Source: a virus (taxonomy: Duplodnaviria; Caudoviricetes). From it: 64,000 bases of DNA. The DNA lies in IMG/VR virus record IMGVR_UViG_3300025986_000001, positions 66,758-130,757 of that record; one strand, given 5' to 3'. Made by a program: the position numbers and the translations under genes. This document shows, piece after piece, positions 44,597 to 54,578 of the stretch (position 1 is the first letter of the stretch; every line of letters begins with the position of its first letter). The notes beneath the pieces were generated by a model. That model was not told the DNA's origin, did no database searches, and saw only the letters and a list, made by a program, of their open reading frames with translations.

Positions 44597-47500
44597 TGGG
44601 ACGCGGCTTCTCCGGCGGTTCCAGCGGCACCGGCGGGTCCGGCTTCGTTACCGGCAGCGCCGCCGGCGAGGTCAACGCCGCCGACCCGACGTACGGCACG
44701 CCCGGCACCCGCGCCGCGTTCGTCGCCGCGCTGAACGCGGCGGAAACGCTCGGCCGGCACACCATCGTGCGCGTCCCGGTGGGCCTGACCATCGACGTCG
44801 GCAACGGGCTGAGCCTGTCGGGTTACAGCGCCCAGATCCGTGGTGGCGGCGCCGGCCTCAACGGCAGCACGCCGACCGGCAGCGTCATCAAGGCCACGAC
44901 CCAGACCGGCCCGGTGCTCGACTTCACCGGGTACGTCACCGCCAGCAGCTTCAAGGGCAAGCTGACCCCGCTCGCGGACGTCGCGATCGTCGGCTCGAAC
45001 GTGGCCGATGCGACGAAGAACAACGCCGGTATCCGGCTGAGCGCGATGTCATCGGCCACGTTCCGGGATATCTCGATCATGAACACCGGTGGGCCAGGGC
45101 TGGAGTGTGCCTCCTCCCCCGGCAACGCCGTCTACCTGTGCGACTTCGAGCGCATCGTCATCTCCACACCGGTCAGCGCGAAGCTCAACGACGTACCGTA
45201 CTTCTACGCCAACGAGTGCAACGGCAACCGCTGGCGCGGAATCGGATTCCGCTCGATGCTCTCCAGCGCCGACGTCGGCGCTTCCGGCGCGGCGGTGGTT
45301 GAGGGCAACGCCAGCTTCACGCCGCACGACAACCTCTACGACGCGTGGTGGTTCGAGAACCTGCACGTGCCGACCGGCGGCACCTTCTTCCACCACGCCG
45401 GCAACACGTCGGTCATCCGCGACTTCCAGTTCTTCGACTGTTTGATGGAGAGCGGCGCGGCCTCGGGGACCAGCTTCTACCGGTTCGTGGCGCCCACGGT
45501 CAACAACCTGGGCGGCAACAGCCTGCGCGGGCTTATCCACGGCGACAACGGGGTCACCACCTACATCCACACCGGCGTGGACATGCAGCAGTCGCGCAAC
45601 ACGGTGGCGGGCGCGCGCGGCTACCAGGCCAAGAACGTCACGATCGCCTCCGGCGTCGACTACACCCACGTCCACCTGGGCGGCCGGCAGTCCGGTGTGA
45701 TCGGTGCCCCGTCCGCGTTCGTGATCAACTCGACGGCCACCCACAACGTGCTGATCGACGACGCCGGCGGTGAGGAATGGCGCAACGGCCAGCAGCTGCG
45801 GGTCGCCGGCGCCGCAGTGGTGCCGCTGGTCGCCAAGACGGCCAACTACACTCTGACCACCGTCGACCAGGTTGTCACTGCCGACGCCACCAGCGCCGCC
45901 TTCACCGTCACGCTACCGACGGCGGTCGGCGTCACCGGCAAGACCTACACGATCAAGAAGGTAGACACCGGCTCGAACGCGGTTGCCGTCGCGACCACCA
46001 GCAGCCAGACCATCGACGGGGTGGCCAGCTTTGCGCTGAGCACGGCACAGGCCACCGTCACTGTCATTTCCGACGGCGCGAACTGGCGGGTAGCCGGCCG
46101 CCGTGCCGGAACGGTGATCGACGTGCGGGACTACGGCGCCGTCGGTGACGGCACCGTAGACGACACCGCGGCCATCCAGGCAGCTTTCGCCGCCGCCAAC
46201 GCAATGGCCCGCCCCGGGATTGCCGGAACGATCGTGCACCCCGGAGCTACGGTGCACCTGCGCGGCCGGTTCAACCTGGCCAGCCTGGCAGCCGCCATCC
46301 CCGTACGCTGCAATGTGGTTTCCGAAGGTGCGGAACTGATCGCGCCGGCGGCGTACGCAGGTACGACGCTGACCGTCGGGCACACCACCTCGGGCAGCAT
46401 TCTGCAGAACGCGAGCATCCACCTGCCCGACGTCGTCAAGGCCACCGGTAGTTCGATCGTGGCCAGCTCGATCGGCGTCGTCGTGCAGAATCTGGACAAC
46501 TCGGACCTTGCGTTCGGCCGGGTGGCGTACTTCGAGACCGGTGTGCACCTGACCGGGCTCGGCAACGGCACCACCTACAACACGGTCTTTCTGGGATGGA
46601 TCTCCTACGCCAAAGTCGCATTGCGGATCAAGCCGACAACGGGCGGGTGGGTCAACCAGAACACCTTCATTGCCGGCGGGATTCAGCAGTCGGCTGGCTT
46701 CTTCGGCGGCACCAGGCTGACCGGCTACCGACATGTCGAAATCGACGGGGCGGGCATTAACAAGGTCGACGGAAACACTTTCGTCGGAGTCAGCTTCGAA
46801 GGTGACGTCTCCGAGTACTGCCTCTATCTCAAGGATGCTTTTCAGAACTCGTTCGCCGGCTGCCGATTCGAAGCCGGCACCGCCACCACAGCGGTGACCG
46901 TTTCCGGCGCCTCGCTCACCGCCACCTCCCACGGCCTTGCCGTGGGAGACATGATCGTACCGTCCGCGACCGTCGACCCCGGCGGCATGAACAGCCTGAC
47001 CGCCTACTACGTGGTCAGTGTCGCCGACGCCAATACCTTCTCGATCTCCCGCAATAAGGGCGGATCTGCGATCACGTTCAGTTCCGCCGGAACCTCCGTC
47101 CGGTACGCCCGGCCGCACCGGATCTACCTGAACACCGCGGGTGTCGGGGTGGCGGAGAATACCATCCGCAACCCGGTCAACCCGCTGTTCAATCTTGACC
47201 TGGTGCACTCCAGCGGCATCGCCGCAGGCAATACCGTGGAGAACTCCAGCTACCGGACAGCCGACTTGTACGGACCCGAAGACCTGCCGATGTATCGGGC
47301 GCGTAATACCGCCTCCGGCGCTGTGGTTCGGCCGCTGTTCGCCGCCTATCCGTCCACCGCGAACCCGTTCGAGTCACCAGGGTCCTGGTCGACGGCACTG
47401 TCCGACCGCGGCCTGCTGTTCGCCGGCGGGCCGATCGTGCAGGCGGGAACGGGTACGCCGGAAGGGGCTGTGACGGCCCCCGTCGGGTCTATGTACCTGC

Positions 47501-48408
47501 GCGGTGACGGCGCCGCGGACACGCTGGTCTACGGCAAGGTCACCGGCACCGGAAACACTGGCTGGCTGGCTCGCAGCCCGCAGTCGGTCGACGTACAGAC
47601 CTTCACCTCCTCCGGCACCTGGACGAAGCCGACCGGGGCCAAGGTGGTCGAGGTTCTGCTCGTCTCCGGCGGTGGCGGCGGTGGCTCCGGCCGGCGCGGG
47701 GCAGCCGGAACGGTACGGTGCGGCGGCGGTGGCGGCGGCGGTGGCGGCGTCACCTTCGCGAAGATCCCCGCGGCGACGCTGGGCTCGACAGTAACCGTCA
47801 CGGTAGGCACCGGCGGCGCCGGTGGTGCAGCCGTCACCACAGACAGCACCGACGGCAACAACGGCACCAACGGCGCCGCCAGCTCCTTCGGATCCAATCT
47901 TCGCTCCGGCACCGGAGCCAACACCCGCGGCGGTGGGGGAACCGCGACGGCGGGAACGGCGGGGGCAGGAGGCTTCGGCAACCTTTCCGGCGCCGGCACA
48001 CCGATCGGTGGGGCCGCAAGCGGCACCGGCGGTGCTGGCAACGTCGGCACCAACGGGCAGCTCACCAGCGGCGCCGGCGCGGGCGGCGGTATCACCAGCG
48101 GCGATGTCGCCGGCAACGGCGGTGGCGGCGGCCAAAGCCCTGTGGTGTCCGGCACTGCCGGACCGGCAGGCGGCGTCGTCGACACCACAGCGCCCGGCAA
48201 CGGCATCGCTCAGCCGGCCGGTTCCGGCCTGGCCGGCTCGTCCGGCGGCGGCGGCGCCGCATCGATCACCACCGCGGCGCAGACCGGCGGCTCCGGCGGT
48301 ATCTACGGCGGTGGTGGTGGTGGCGGCGGAGCCAGCCTCAACGGCTTCGCCTCCGGCGCCGGCGGCGCCGGGGCCGACGGCATCGTCATCGTCACGACCT
48401 GGTTCTGA
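44596..48408 (+). CDS. multidomain tail fibre/spike with two beta-helix regions and a Gly-rich C-terminus
   Basis: DVRDYGAVGDGTVDDTAAIQAA; GTPEGAVTAPVGS; FTSSGTWTKP...GGGGGGG...GADGIVIVTTW. Confidence 0.85.
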   Translation: MGRGFSGGSSGTGGSGFVTGSAAGEVNAADPTYGTPGTRAAFVAALNAAETLGRHTIVRVPVGLTIDVGNGLSLSGYSAQIRGGGAGLNGSTPTGSVIKATTQTGPVLDFTGYVTASSFKGKLTPLADVAIVGSNVADATKNNAGIRLSAMSSATFRDISIMNTGGPGLECASSPGNAVYLCDFERIVISTPVSAKLNDVPYFYANECNGNRWRGIGFRSMLSSADVGASGAAVVEGNASFTPHDNLYDAWWFENLHVPTGGTFFHHAGNTSVIRDFQFFDCLMESGAASGTSFYRFVAPTVNNLGGNSLRGLIHGDNGVTTYIHTGVDMQQSRNTVAGARGYQAKNVTIASGVDYTHVHLGGRQSGVIGAPSAFVINSTATHNVLIDDAGGEEWRNGQQLRVAGAAVVPLVAKTANYTLTTVDQVVTADATSAAFTVTLPTAVGVTGKTYTIKKVDTGSNAVAVATTSSQTIDGVASFALSTAQATVTVISDGANWRVAGRRAGTVIDVRDYGAVGDGTVDDTAAIQAAFAAANAMARPGIAGTIVHPGATVHLRGRFNLASLAAAIPVRCNVVSEGAELIAPAAYAGTTLTVGHTTSGSILQNASIHLPDVVKATGSSIVASSIGVVVQNLDNSDLAFGRVAYFETGVHLTGLGNGTTYNTVFLGWISYAKVALRIKPTTGGWVNQNTFIAGGIQQSAGFFGGTRLTGYRHVEIDGAGINKVDGNTFVGVSFEGDVSEYCLYLKDAFQNSFAGCRFEAGTATTAVTVSGASLTATSHGLAVGDMIVPSATVDPGGMNSLTAYYVVSVADANTFSISRNKGGSAITFSSAGTSVRYARPHRIYLNTAGVGVAENTIRNPVNPLFNLDLVHSSGIAAGNTVENSSYRTADLYGPEDLPMYRARNTASGAVVRPLFAAYPSTANPFESPGSWSTALSDRGLLFAGGPIVQAGTGTPEGAVTAPVGSMYLRGDGAADTLVYGKVTGTGNTGWLARSPQSVDVQTFTSSGTWTKPTGAKVVEVLLVSGGGGGGSGRRGAAGTVRCGGGGGGGGGVTFAKIPAATLGSTVTVTVGTGGAGGAAVTTDSTDGNNGTNGAASSFGSNLRSGTGANTRGGGGTATAGTAGAGGFGNLSGAGTPIGGAASGTGGAGNVGTNGQLTSGAGAGGGITSGDVAGNGGGGGQSPVVSGTAGPAGGVVDTTAPGNGIAQPAGSGLAGSSGGGGAASITTAAQTGGSGGIYGGGGGGGGASLNGFASGAGGAGADGIVIVTTWF

Positions 48409-48491
48409 CCAGCCGCTAGGCCACCAGAACGTTCTGGTGGCCTAGCGGCCCATGTGCCTACCGGCGAGCTCGACAGAGAGGAGCGCCGGCG

Positions 48492-50546
48492 ATGGCGCGT
48501 GTAGTTGGCCCAGCGGAGGCCCAGCGGACGATCCAGACCTTGAACGGGCGCACCGGCCTGTACGGCGGGTTCGCCAACCGTAAGGTCACCTGGTACACCG
48601 ACGCGGCCGGCACCCAGCTGGCGGACATCCGGTCGTACAACCCGACGCAGCCGAGCACGGTCGGCTCGGCGATCACCGGCTCGGCGATCACTCTGGACCA
48701 CGATGGCCGGGCGGCACCGTTCTGGTTCCCCGACGGCGTCACGATCTTGTACGGCAGGGTCGCGCGCGGGCCGATCGTGCGGGTGTCGGGGGATCTGCAG
48801 GACACCAGCGCCGGTTCGACGGTGGTCAACGTTCAGGACTACGGCGCGAAGGGCGACGGTGTCACGGACGACACGACGGCGATCCGGGCGGCCCTGGCCG
48901 CCTCCGCCGGGCGCTACTACTTCCCGGCCGGCACCTACGTCGTCTCCGGCGTGGCGGAGGGCACCACGCTGGGAACCTTCACCGGCCGCACGGGGGTCAC
49001 GATCGACGCCGCCGAGGCGACGATCTCCAACCCGACCTCCTACACCGCGGACACCATCACCCCGATGTTCCTGTTCGACAACTGCCGCGAGGTGGAGGTC
49101 AACGTCGGGCACTACGTCGGATTCACCCTGCCGACCCCGACGAGCTTCCTCGGCTACCGCGGCGCCACCCTGGTGCGCCTGATCAACGGGTGTGTGGGTG
49201 CGCGGATCGACGCGCGGATCACCAATGCCCGCTACGGAGTGCAGAGCGGCGAGTACGCAGATCAGACCAAGGGCTACTGCCGGGACGTCGACGTCAAGCT
49301 GCGCACCAGCTTCTGCGGCTACCCGGTGGCCTTGTACCTGGCCGAGGGTGTGCGCTACGACATCGACGCCGACGACGTGCACCGGGTCGCCTACCTGGCC
49401 GGCTGTCAGGATGTGCGTGGTGTCGCGCGGTGGAAGAACCAGTACATCGCCGACATCTGCACCTTGATCACGGATGCGAAGACCGGCACCGGCACGTCGC
49501 GCGGCTGCGCCGACCTCGACGTGACCTCGATCGACAAGGGCTCCTCGGTCTTCCAGAGCTCGACGATGTGCGCCGGCATCGCGCTGAGCCGGGTCGACCC
49601 GGGCATCACGTACGAAAACATCAAGGTCAGGGTGCACTCGATCGGCACCGACACCCAGTCCAGCACGGTCGGCGCCTTCACCATCACCAGCGGCGCGAAG
49701 ACGCTGACCACGCCGGTCGCGGACTACAACTGGGAACCGACGATTACGCTGCGCAACATCAGCATCTCCGGTGTGATCGACAAGTCGGCCCAGACGATCG
49801 CCAGCAACACCGCCGGCACGATTTTCGTCCGGGCTTACGACACGCTGGTCGCGCATTCGGCGACGATCGAGAACCTCATCTACGAGGACCTGGTCATCAA
49901 GGAGAGCTCCGGCGTCACCCGGATGTGCTACCTCGAGGCGCCTGGCATCACCGGCACCGGGGTGATGTTCCGCAACGTCAGCGCTCCGACCGCGACCCTG
50001 GAGGTCCTGACCAACACCACCACCCCGGTCACGCTGGTCAACTCGGTGCTCAAAGAGTTGAACATCATCGGAGTGACCGGCGGTAGCCGAGTCGAGCTGG
50101 TCGACTCCACCATCGGCACGATCACCGGCACGGCGAACATCGGCAACACCGGCTCCGTGAACTCGCGGGTCGCCGGCGCCGGCGCGCTGATCCGGCAGAA
50201 GCAGTGGCTGCTCGACCTGACCTCCGGCGCCACCGTGACGCAGGCTTCGGCGATCCCCGCCAACGTGCTGATCCTCGGGGTGACCGGCTACATCACCGCC
50301 TCGGTCACCGGACCCACCACGCTGCAGGTCGGCGTGACCGGTGACCCGGCGCGCTACCTGTCGACGACCACCCTGACCGCCGGCACCGGCCTGGGCCTGG
50401 ACAAGCGGGCCAGTACCGAGCAGGTGCCCTGGTACGCGCCGTCGACGGCCTCGTCGCTGGTGGCGACCGCGGTCGGCGGCAACTTCACCGCCGGGCAGAT
50501 CCGGGTGTCGTTGTCGTACATCGAACTGCCCGCGCCGACCGCCTAG
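48492..50546 (+). CDS. tailspike/depolymerase (shared N-terminal module plus pectin-lyase-like beta-helix)
   Basis: NVQDYGAKGDGVTDDTTAIRAAL...YYFPAGTY. Confidence 0.85.
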   Translation: MARVVGPAEAQRTIQTLNGRTGLYGGFANRKVTWYTDAAGTQLADIRSYNPTQPSTVGSAITGSAITLDHDGRAAPFWFPDGVTILYGRVARGPIVRVSGDLQDTSAGSTVVNVQDYGAKGDGVTDDTTAIRAALAASAGRYYFPAGTYVVSGVAEGTTLGTFTGRTGVTIDAAEATISNPTSYTADTITPMFLFDNCREVEVNVGHYVGFTLPTPTSFLGYRGATLVRLINGCVGARIDARITNARYGVQSGEYADQTKGYCRDVDVKLRTSFCGYPVALYLAEGVRYDIDADDVHRVAYLAGCQDVRGVARWKNQYIADICTLITDAKTGTGTSRGCADLDVTSIDKGSSVFQSSTMCAGIALSRVDPGITYENIKVRVHSIGTDTQSSTVGAFTITSGAKTLTTPVADYNWEPTITLRNISISGVIDKSAQTIASNTAGTIFVRAYDTLVAHSATIENLIYEDLVIKESSGVTRMCYLEAPGITGTGVMFRNVSAPTATLEVLTNTTTPVTLVNSVLKELNIIGVTGGSRVELVDSTIGTITGTANIGNTGSVNSRVAGAGALIRQKQWLLDLTSGATVTQASAIPANVLILGVTGYITASVTGPTTLQVGVTGDPARYLSTTTLTAGTGLGLDKRASTEQVPWYAPSTASSLVATAVGGNFTAGQIRVSLSYIELPAPTA

Positions 50547-50557
50547 GAGACCGGCAT

Positions 50558-51040
50558 ATGTCCTCGTACCTCGGCTCGGCCGCGTCCCAGGCGGCGATGC
50601 TGGCCCTGACCGGCCGGCCCGGTGACTGGTGCCTGCGCTCCGACCTGTCCACCCGGTGGGAGCTGACCGGAACCGACCCGACACAGCTGTCCGGCTGGAC
50701 ACAGACGCTGTACCCGGCGTCCGCGGTGCGGGTCACCGCCACGACGTCGTCCTCGACGCCGACGCCCAGCGCGACCACCGACGACATGTACGTGGTGACC
50801 GCGCTGGCGGGCACCGCGACGTTCGGGGCGCCGGCCGGCAGTCCGATCCACGGGCAGAAATTGATCATCCGGATCAAGGACAACGGCACCGCACGGACCC
50901 TGGCCTGGAACGCGATCTACCGGGGTGTCGGGGTTTCCCTGCCCACCACGACCGTGGTGTCGAAGACGCTGTACGTCGGCGCCGTCTACAACCTCAACGA
51001 CACCAAGTGGGACGTCATCAGCGTCGCGCAGGAGGCGTAG
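50558..51040 (+). CDS. fibre-associated structural protein
   Basis: GQKLIIRIKDNGTARTLAWNAIY...KWDVISVAQE. Confidence 0.75.
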   Translation: MSSYLGSAASQAAMLALTGRPGDWCLRSDLSTRWELTGTDPTQLSGWTQTLYPASAVRVTATTSSSTPTPSATTDDMYVVTALAGTATFGAPAGSPIHGQKLIIRIKDNGTARTLAWNAIYRGVGVSLPTTTVVSKTLYVGAVYNLNDTKWDVISVAQEA

Positions 51041-51043
51041 CCG

Positions 51044-52558
51044 ATGGCCGTCATCACCGCGGCGGCCGGCGGCGGCAACTGGAGCGCGACCGGCACCTGG
51101 ACTGGCGCGGTCGTGCCGACCGCCGCCGACGACGTCCAGCTCGGCGCCGGCTCCGGCAACGTCACCATCGACGCGGCCGCGGTGGCGCGCAGCCTCGACT
51201 GCACCGGCTACACCGGCACCCTGACCCACGCGGCCGCGGTCACACTGACCTTGGGCGACGCCGCCGCCGGCGCGGGCAGCAATGCGCTGACCCTGGTGTC
51301 CGGGATGACCTACACGCTGGGCAACGCGGCCACCAGCGCCATCGTGTTCGCCTCGACGTCGGCAACCCAGCAGAGCGTCACCACCGGCGGCAAGACCCTC
51401 GGCAACTGGACGATCAACGGCGCCGGCTCGAGCTACCTGCTGGCCGACGCCAACACCGTCGGGACCGGCGCCACCGTCAGCGTGGCCGCAGGAGCGCTGA
51501 ACACCGGCGGGGTGGCGTGCTCGTGGGGCGCGTTCGCGTCGAACACCACCAGCACCCGGTCGGTGACCTTCGGAACATCCACGGTAACGATCACTGGTAA
51601 CGCCACCTCGTTCGACACGATCCCCTCCACCGGGTTGACCTGGAGCGCGGCCTCCTCGACGGTCAACCTCAACGGCGCCGCCAACTACATGCGCTCGACC
51701 GTCACGCTCGGCACCGTCAACTGGAACGCGGTCGGGCAGGGCGCGCAGACACAGCCGTTCACCTGCACCAACCTGACGATCACCGGTAGCGCGGCGAAGG
51801 TGACCGACTTCGTCCTGATCGGCACGATCACCGTCACCGGTGCGCTGACCCTTGCCGGCAACTCGGAGATCAACCGGCTGAAGGTGCGGGCCACCGTCCC
51901 CGGGGTCCGCCAGACGATCAGCGCCGGCACGGTGACCGTGTCCAACACCGACCTGCAGGACATCACCGGGGCGGGCGCCGGTTCCTGGAACCTCAGCGCG
52001 ACCGCCGGCGGGTCCGGCGACTGCGGCAACAACACCGGCATCACCTTCACCTCGCCGGCAGCACAGACGCACACGGCCAGCGCCGGCGGGAACTGGTCGG
52101 ACGTTACCAAGTGGTCCAGCCGGGTACCGCTGCCGCAAGATGACGTGATCGTCGATGCTGGCACCACCGGCACGATCACCGCGGACATGCCCCGGCTCGG
52201 GCGCAGCATCGACTTCACCGGGTTCGCCGGCACGGCCGCGTTCTCCAGCACCGCCAACCAGGTCTTCGGGTCGCTGACCCTGGCGTCCGGGATGACCGTC
52301 TCCGGAACTCAGACGCTGACCCTAGGCGGCCGCGGCACCTACCGGATCACCTCGGCCGGCAAGAGCTTTACCCAGGCGCTGACCTTGGCCGCGTTCAGCG
52401 GCACCTACACGCTGGCGGACGCGCTGACCACTCCTGGCGCGCTGACGATCAGCAGCGGCGTGCTGGTCACCGGCGGCAATCCACTCAGCTACGGCTCGCT
52501 GACGGTGACCGCGGGTGTCCTGGTCACCGGCGGCGGGATGTTCTCGGCCTTCTTCTGA
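51044..52558 (+). CDS. beta-solenoid structural/adhesin-like protein
   Basis: GGNWS...W...VP...DDV repeated twice. Confidence 0.8.
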   Translation: MAVITAAAGGGNWSATGTWTGAVVPTAADDVQLGAGSGNVTIDAAAVARSLDCTGYTGTLTHAAAVTLTLGDAAAGAGSNALTLVSGMTYTLGNAATSAIVFASTSATQQSVTTGGKTLGNWTINGAGSSYLLADANTVGTGATVSVAAGALNTGGVACSWGAFASNTTSTRSVTFGTSTVTITGNATSFDTIPSTGLTWSAASSTVNLNGAANYMRSTVTLGTVNWNAVGQGAQTQPFTCTNLTITGSAAKVTDFVLIGTITVTGALTLAGNSEINRLKVRATVPGVRQTISAGTVTVSNTDLQDITGAGAGSWNLSATAGGSGDCGNNTGITFTSPAAQTHTASAGGNWSDVTKWSSRVPLPQDDVIVDAGTTGTITADMPRLGRSIDFTGFAGTAAFSSTANQVFGSLTLASGMTVSGTQTLTLGGRGTYRITSAGKSFTQALTLAAFSGTYTLADALTTPGALTISSGVLVTGGNPLSYGSLTVTAGVLVTGGGMFSAFF

Positions 52559-52624
52559 CCTCCTGCCGCGCTGACGGCAGGGCATCGACCGGGCGGCTCG
52601 CCGCGCAGCGAAAGGAACGATTCG

Positions 52625-54541
52625 ATGGCGCGCGTTGTCGGCCCGGCCGAAGGCCAGCGGACGATCCAGATTCTCAACCGCTACACCGGCCAGTTCTTCG
52701 GCTACGCCGGCCGCCGGGTCACCTGGTACACCGATGCGGCCACTACGGCGCTGGCGGACATCCGGGCGTTCGACGCGAACCAGCCGTCGGTGGTCGGGGC
52801 GGCCATCAGCGGGTCGGTCACCACGCTGGACCTGGCGGGCCGCACGCCGGCGTTCTGGTTCCCCGACGGGGTCACGGTCTTGTACGCGCGAGTGACGCGC
52901 GGACCGGTCATCCCCGTGACGGCCGGGCAGGCCGGTGGTGGCGCCAGCAGTGGTGTGCCGGTGTCGCTGGACGTGCGGGATTACGGCGCCAAGTGCGACG
53001 GGGTCACCGACGACACCGCGGCCGTTCAGGCCGCGATCGATGCGGCCCCGACCGACACCGGCGGATTCACACTGCTCTCGGACTGGCGCGGCGCTGTCGT
53101 GCGGTTGCCTGTCGGCCGCATCCGGACCACCGGGCAGATCACGCTCAAGCCGGGGCTGACCTTGCAGGGCTCCGGCCAGCAGGCCACGGTCCTGGTGAAC
53201 GAGGGAACGAGCAACCACGTCCTGTCGTTCGTCGGCAACGACACCGGCACGATCGACGCGATCACGATCAAAGGCCTGGCCGTTGCGCAGAAGTCCGGTG
53301 TCACCCACACCGCCGGCGACGCGATCCACATCGACGGCGGCGGGTTCGGCTGCGCCGCCAACCTGACCGAGATCACCACCTACGGGACCTACCGAGGCCT
53401 GTATCTGCGCGACACCTACGTCTCCACGGTCACTCGGTGCGAGGGCTACCTGCACGCCACCAACGCGTTCTTGACCGACGCGTTGTGCACCTCGATCAAC
53501 TTCACCGGGTGCTACGCCGGGTCCTGCACCGGTAGCGGATACAAGATCTTCGGCAACTACATGACCTTGACCGGCTGCGGGTCCGACAGCAACGGCCTGC
53601 ACGGATACGAGGTGTACTACAACAGCGGCTCCGCGGTGTCGATCGCGTTCGCCGGCTGCGGAGCCGAAGGATCGGTCGGCAACGGCATCAGCGTCGACCG
53701 CGGGATCGGTGTCACGATCACCAGCCCGCGCTTGATCGCACCGAACGGCAGCAGCAACGCCGGGATCAAGCTGGACGGCGGCAACGGGATCCTCATCAAC
53801 GCGCCGGTCGTCTCCAGCCTGCAGGCCAACGCGGCCTCGGGAATCAGCCTGGTCAACACCAGCGGCGCCTACCCCGTCGGGACGACGCTGATCGCGATGA
53901 GCCAGGCCACCAACTACACCGGTGGCCTGGTCGACCAGCCGGACCGGGTCTTCCACATCAGTGACCAGACGGCGATGGGGCTGGGCAACAAGGGCTTCCG
54001 GATCGGGCCGGTCACCAACTTCACCAACGACCTGCAGGGCATGTTCGTCGGCAACACCCCCGCCGGGTCCGGCGGGGTCGCCTACGGCGTCAACTCGCGC
54101 CCGGTCGCCGGCTCGGCGCTGACAACGTTCGCCAGCCTCAAGGCGCAGCCGGAGATCGCTGCTGCGGTCTCGCGCGCCATCGGCCTCTGGTGCTCCTCGC
54201 CGATCATGACCGCGGGCAGCCTCACCCGGGCCGAAGGTGTCCGGATCGACGACGTCACGGCCGGCAGCACCGCCAACGCCAACCTGGCGCTCGGCGCCAC
54301 CCAGCCGACCTCCGGCAACTGGGCCGTCTACAACATCTCCGCCCGCGACAACCTGATGGCCGGAAAGGTCGTCTACGGCACAGCCGCGGGGCCGTTCGAG
54401 GCAACCCCCGGCACGGGGTCGCCGGAGGGTGTCGTCACCGCACCGGTGGGCTCCACCTACCGCCGTACCGACGGCGGTGCGGCCACCTCGTTCTACGTCA
54501 AGGAATCCGGCACCGGCTCGACCGGCTGGGTCGCCAAGTAG
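52625..54541 (+). CDS. tailspike/depolymerase
   Basis: Shared N-module; DVRDYGAKCDGVTDDTAAVQAAID; C-terminal GSPEGVVTAPVGS. Confidence 0.85.
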   Translation: MARVVGPAEGQRTIQILNRYTGQFFGYAGRRVTWYTDAATTALADIRAFDANQPSVVGAAISGSVTTLDLAGRTPAFWFPDGVTVLYARVTRGPVIPVTAGQAGGGASSGVPVSLDVRDYGAKCDGVTDDTAAVQAAIDAAPTDTGGFTLLSDWRGAVVRLPVGRIRTTGQITLKPGLTLQGSGQQATVLVNEGTSNHVLSFVGNDTGTIDAITIKGLAVAQKSGVTHTAGDAIHIDGGGFGCAANLTEITTYGTYRGLYLRDTYVSTVTRCEGYLHATNAFLTDALCTSINFTGCYAGSCTGSGYKIFGNYMTLTGCGSDSNGLHGYEVYYNSGSAVSIAFAGCGAEGSVGNGISVDRGIGVTITSPRLIAPNGSSNAGIKLDGGNGILINAPVVSSLQANAASGISLVNTSGAYPVGTTLIAMSQATNYTGGLVDQPDRVFHISDQTAMGLGNKGFRIGPVTNFTNDLQGMFVGNTPAGSGGVAYGVNSRPVAGSALTTFASLKAQPEIAAAVSRAIGLWCSSPIMTAGSLTRAEGVRIDDVTAGSTANANLALGATQPTSGNWAVYNISARDNLMAGKVVYGTAAGPFEATPGTGSPEGVVTAPVGSTYRRTDGGAATSFYVKESGTGSTGWVAK

Positions 54542-54578
54542 CTCCACGACCAGCACACGAAAAGGGGGCGTGTCGACG

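Noticed and set aside
47660-48400. GGC-rich low-complexity repeat
   Set aside because: Explained by the Gly-rich domain of the tail fibre.
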